DNA from: Octopus bimaculoides
Taxonomy: Eukaryota
DNA: 34,429 nt
Assembly (NCBI RefSeq): GCF_001194135.2
Contig: NC_068992.1
Coordinates: forward strand, 34,069,032 to 34,103,460
Direction: 5' to 3'
The first letter of the stretch is position 1; every line of letters starts with the position of its first letter. Positions 32,951-34,429 of this stretch are shown in pieces. Both the position numbers and the translations under genes were made by a program. Below the pieces are notes generated by a model. The model was not told where the DNA came from and searched no databases. It saw nothing but the letters and a program-made list of their open reading frames with translations.

Positions 32951-33679
32951 AATTCTTCTCTTAATATTGATGTTAGCCACAACTTGACATTAGAAGTCCT
33001 AGAGCAGCTGATAATGTTTTATGTGAAAACCAACATATTGTTGTGTTTTTAATGCTTACATTCTGAAACTTTGAAGAACATAATGAAATATGAAATTCAC
33101 CATGTGCATACGTATATATATATATATATATNNNNNNNNNNNNNNNNNNNNNNNNNNNNNNNNNNNNNNNNNNNNNNNNNNNNNNNNNNNNNNNNNNNNN
33201 NNNNNNNNNNNNNNNNNNNNNNNNNNNNNNNNNNNNNNNNNNNNNNNNNNNNNNNNNNNNTATATATACATATATATGAATGTGGATGTAATGTTTTAAA
33301 TATATTCAACAATCAACAAGAAAGACAGCAGACATAAATTTCAGAATTAAGTTTTAGAAGTACTTTTTGTCTACATAATACTTGTAACAATTTATAAAAA
33401 CAATACTTTACACAAGATTTTTTGATCATTCCAACATAGAAAATTTTCCATTCTTATACATTAATAATTAGTTTTTGGCCGTCACATGCTCTAACAAAAA
33501 TTCTTTGAAAATTTGAAGTGCATCTAGTCTAATACATGATTGCTTTTCTCCTTTTCTCTCTGGTAAAGTAATTTTGTTCTTGACCTATTTGTTGTTTCTA
33601 CATTTAGTAGTTGATGGAGATAACAGTGGGACTTCACTTCTGTCATACTTCAAAACTGTAAATTCAAGACAATTTAATT

Positions 33680-33997
33680 CTCCCTTCTCCCCCTCCTCCT
33701 CCTCATCTTCCTCCGCTGCTGCCGCAGCAGCAGTAGCACCACAACCACCACCACCACCACCATCATTTTATCATCCACTTTACCCTGGTTGCATGGGTCA
33801 GACAAAGTTTATTGAAGCAGATACTCTATGGAGAAATGCTATTCCTGTCATCAACCCTCACCTGCTTCCAAGTAAGTTAAATATTTCCTCATGGCCACAC
33901 ATAATTTTGCTGCATATTGGAAATGAATCACACTGCCTTAATGACAGGGACACTCATTTACAATTATCATGTGATGTCAAGCCAAAGAGACACAAAT
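33680..33997 (-). mobile_element. RTE-related 3' end or SINE with an expanded, mutated trinucleotide tail
   Basis: CATCATTTTATCATCCACTTT...TTGCATGGGTCAGAC...ATGCTATTCCTGTCATCAACC parallels CATCGTTTAATGTCCGCTTTCCATGCTAGCATGGGTTGGAC...GATGCCCTTCCTAA at 3865-3995. The (CCA/GCA/CCT)n tract at 33680-33765 sits where the tail is expected. Confidence 0.7.
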
Positions 33998-34184
33998 ATC
34001 ATATCCATACATATGCATATTCATATATACATACAGACACACACATGCACACACACGTGCACACATATATACATATATGTATATATAAATATGTATATAT
34101 TTAAAAAATTATAATTAAGGGTAGCTAAGAGATACTACCATGCTAGATATAGCAGCCAAAACTTGACACTAAAACCACATTAAA

Positions 34185-34320
34185 TGTTCATACAGCACCA
34201 GGAGAGAAGACGAAGAGACAAAATAAACCAGCAAAAGATTTTTTGGATAATTCCCGATCCTGGATTTCTGGCTCTGCATAAGAAATGCTTTGCCTTCATC
34301 AGTGAAATACATGCAAAATA
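34185..34320 (-). mobile_element. Penelope-like terminal fragment
   Basis: Contains a CTGATGAAGGC...GCC-A-GAAA motif and retains CpGs. It abuts a (TA)n tract. Confidence 0.5.
34250..34308 (-). ncRNA. Type I hammerhead-ribozyme-like motif
   Basis: Minus strand: ATTTCA-CTGATGA-A-GGC-AAA-GCAT-TTCTT-ATGC-AGA-GCC-A-GAA-ATCC-A-GGAT-C-GGGAAT. The catalytic core, stems II and III, an AUC site and a 5-bp stem I are present, with mismatches at two junction pairs. Confidence 0.55.
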
Positions 34321-34429
34321 GTATATAGATACAAATATATATATATATATATATACACACAACATACGAATACTTATGTATACGCAAGTATACACACATA
34401 TATATGCACGTATGCACCCGGTGCTCTAT

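Noticed and set aside
33574-34104. 176-aa ORF with poly-Ser/Ala/Pro resembling a transcription-factor exon, with a GTAAGT donor
   Set aside because: The low-complexity part is the mutated tail of a minus-strand RTE-related element, the following sequence including the donor is that element in antisense, and the end is a CA/TA microsatellite.

Overview
AT-rich, CpG-poor, microsatellite-dense eukaryotic genomic DNA with seven N-gaps. I infer an octopod cephalopod (Octopus-like) from the repeat families as I remember them; no database search was run. I found no host protein-coding gene that I can support, so the window looks intronic or intergenic. The recognisable content is transposon-derived. 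It includes a near-full-length but disrupted R4/Dong-clade LINE (RT, CCHC and RLE nuclease) and a second R4-type element split by a gap. There is one complete 1,289-bp DD34D mariner with TIRs and a dead transposase, and several RTE-clade LINE fragments whose RT carries an internal C4HC3 PHD finger and whose 3' UTR carries a variable-number hairpin array. The rest is many tRNA-derived SINEs and Penelope-like fragments, two of which carry type-I hammerhead-ribozyme-like motifs. Most short ORFs in the supplied track are artefacts of microsatellites, N-gaps or antisense TE sequence.
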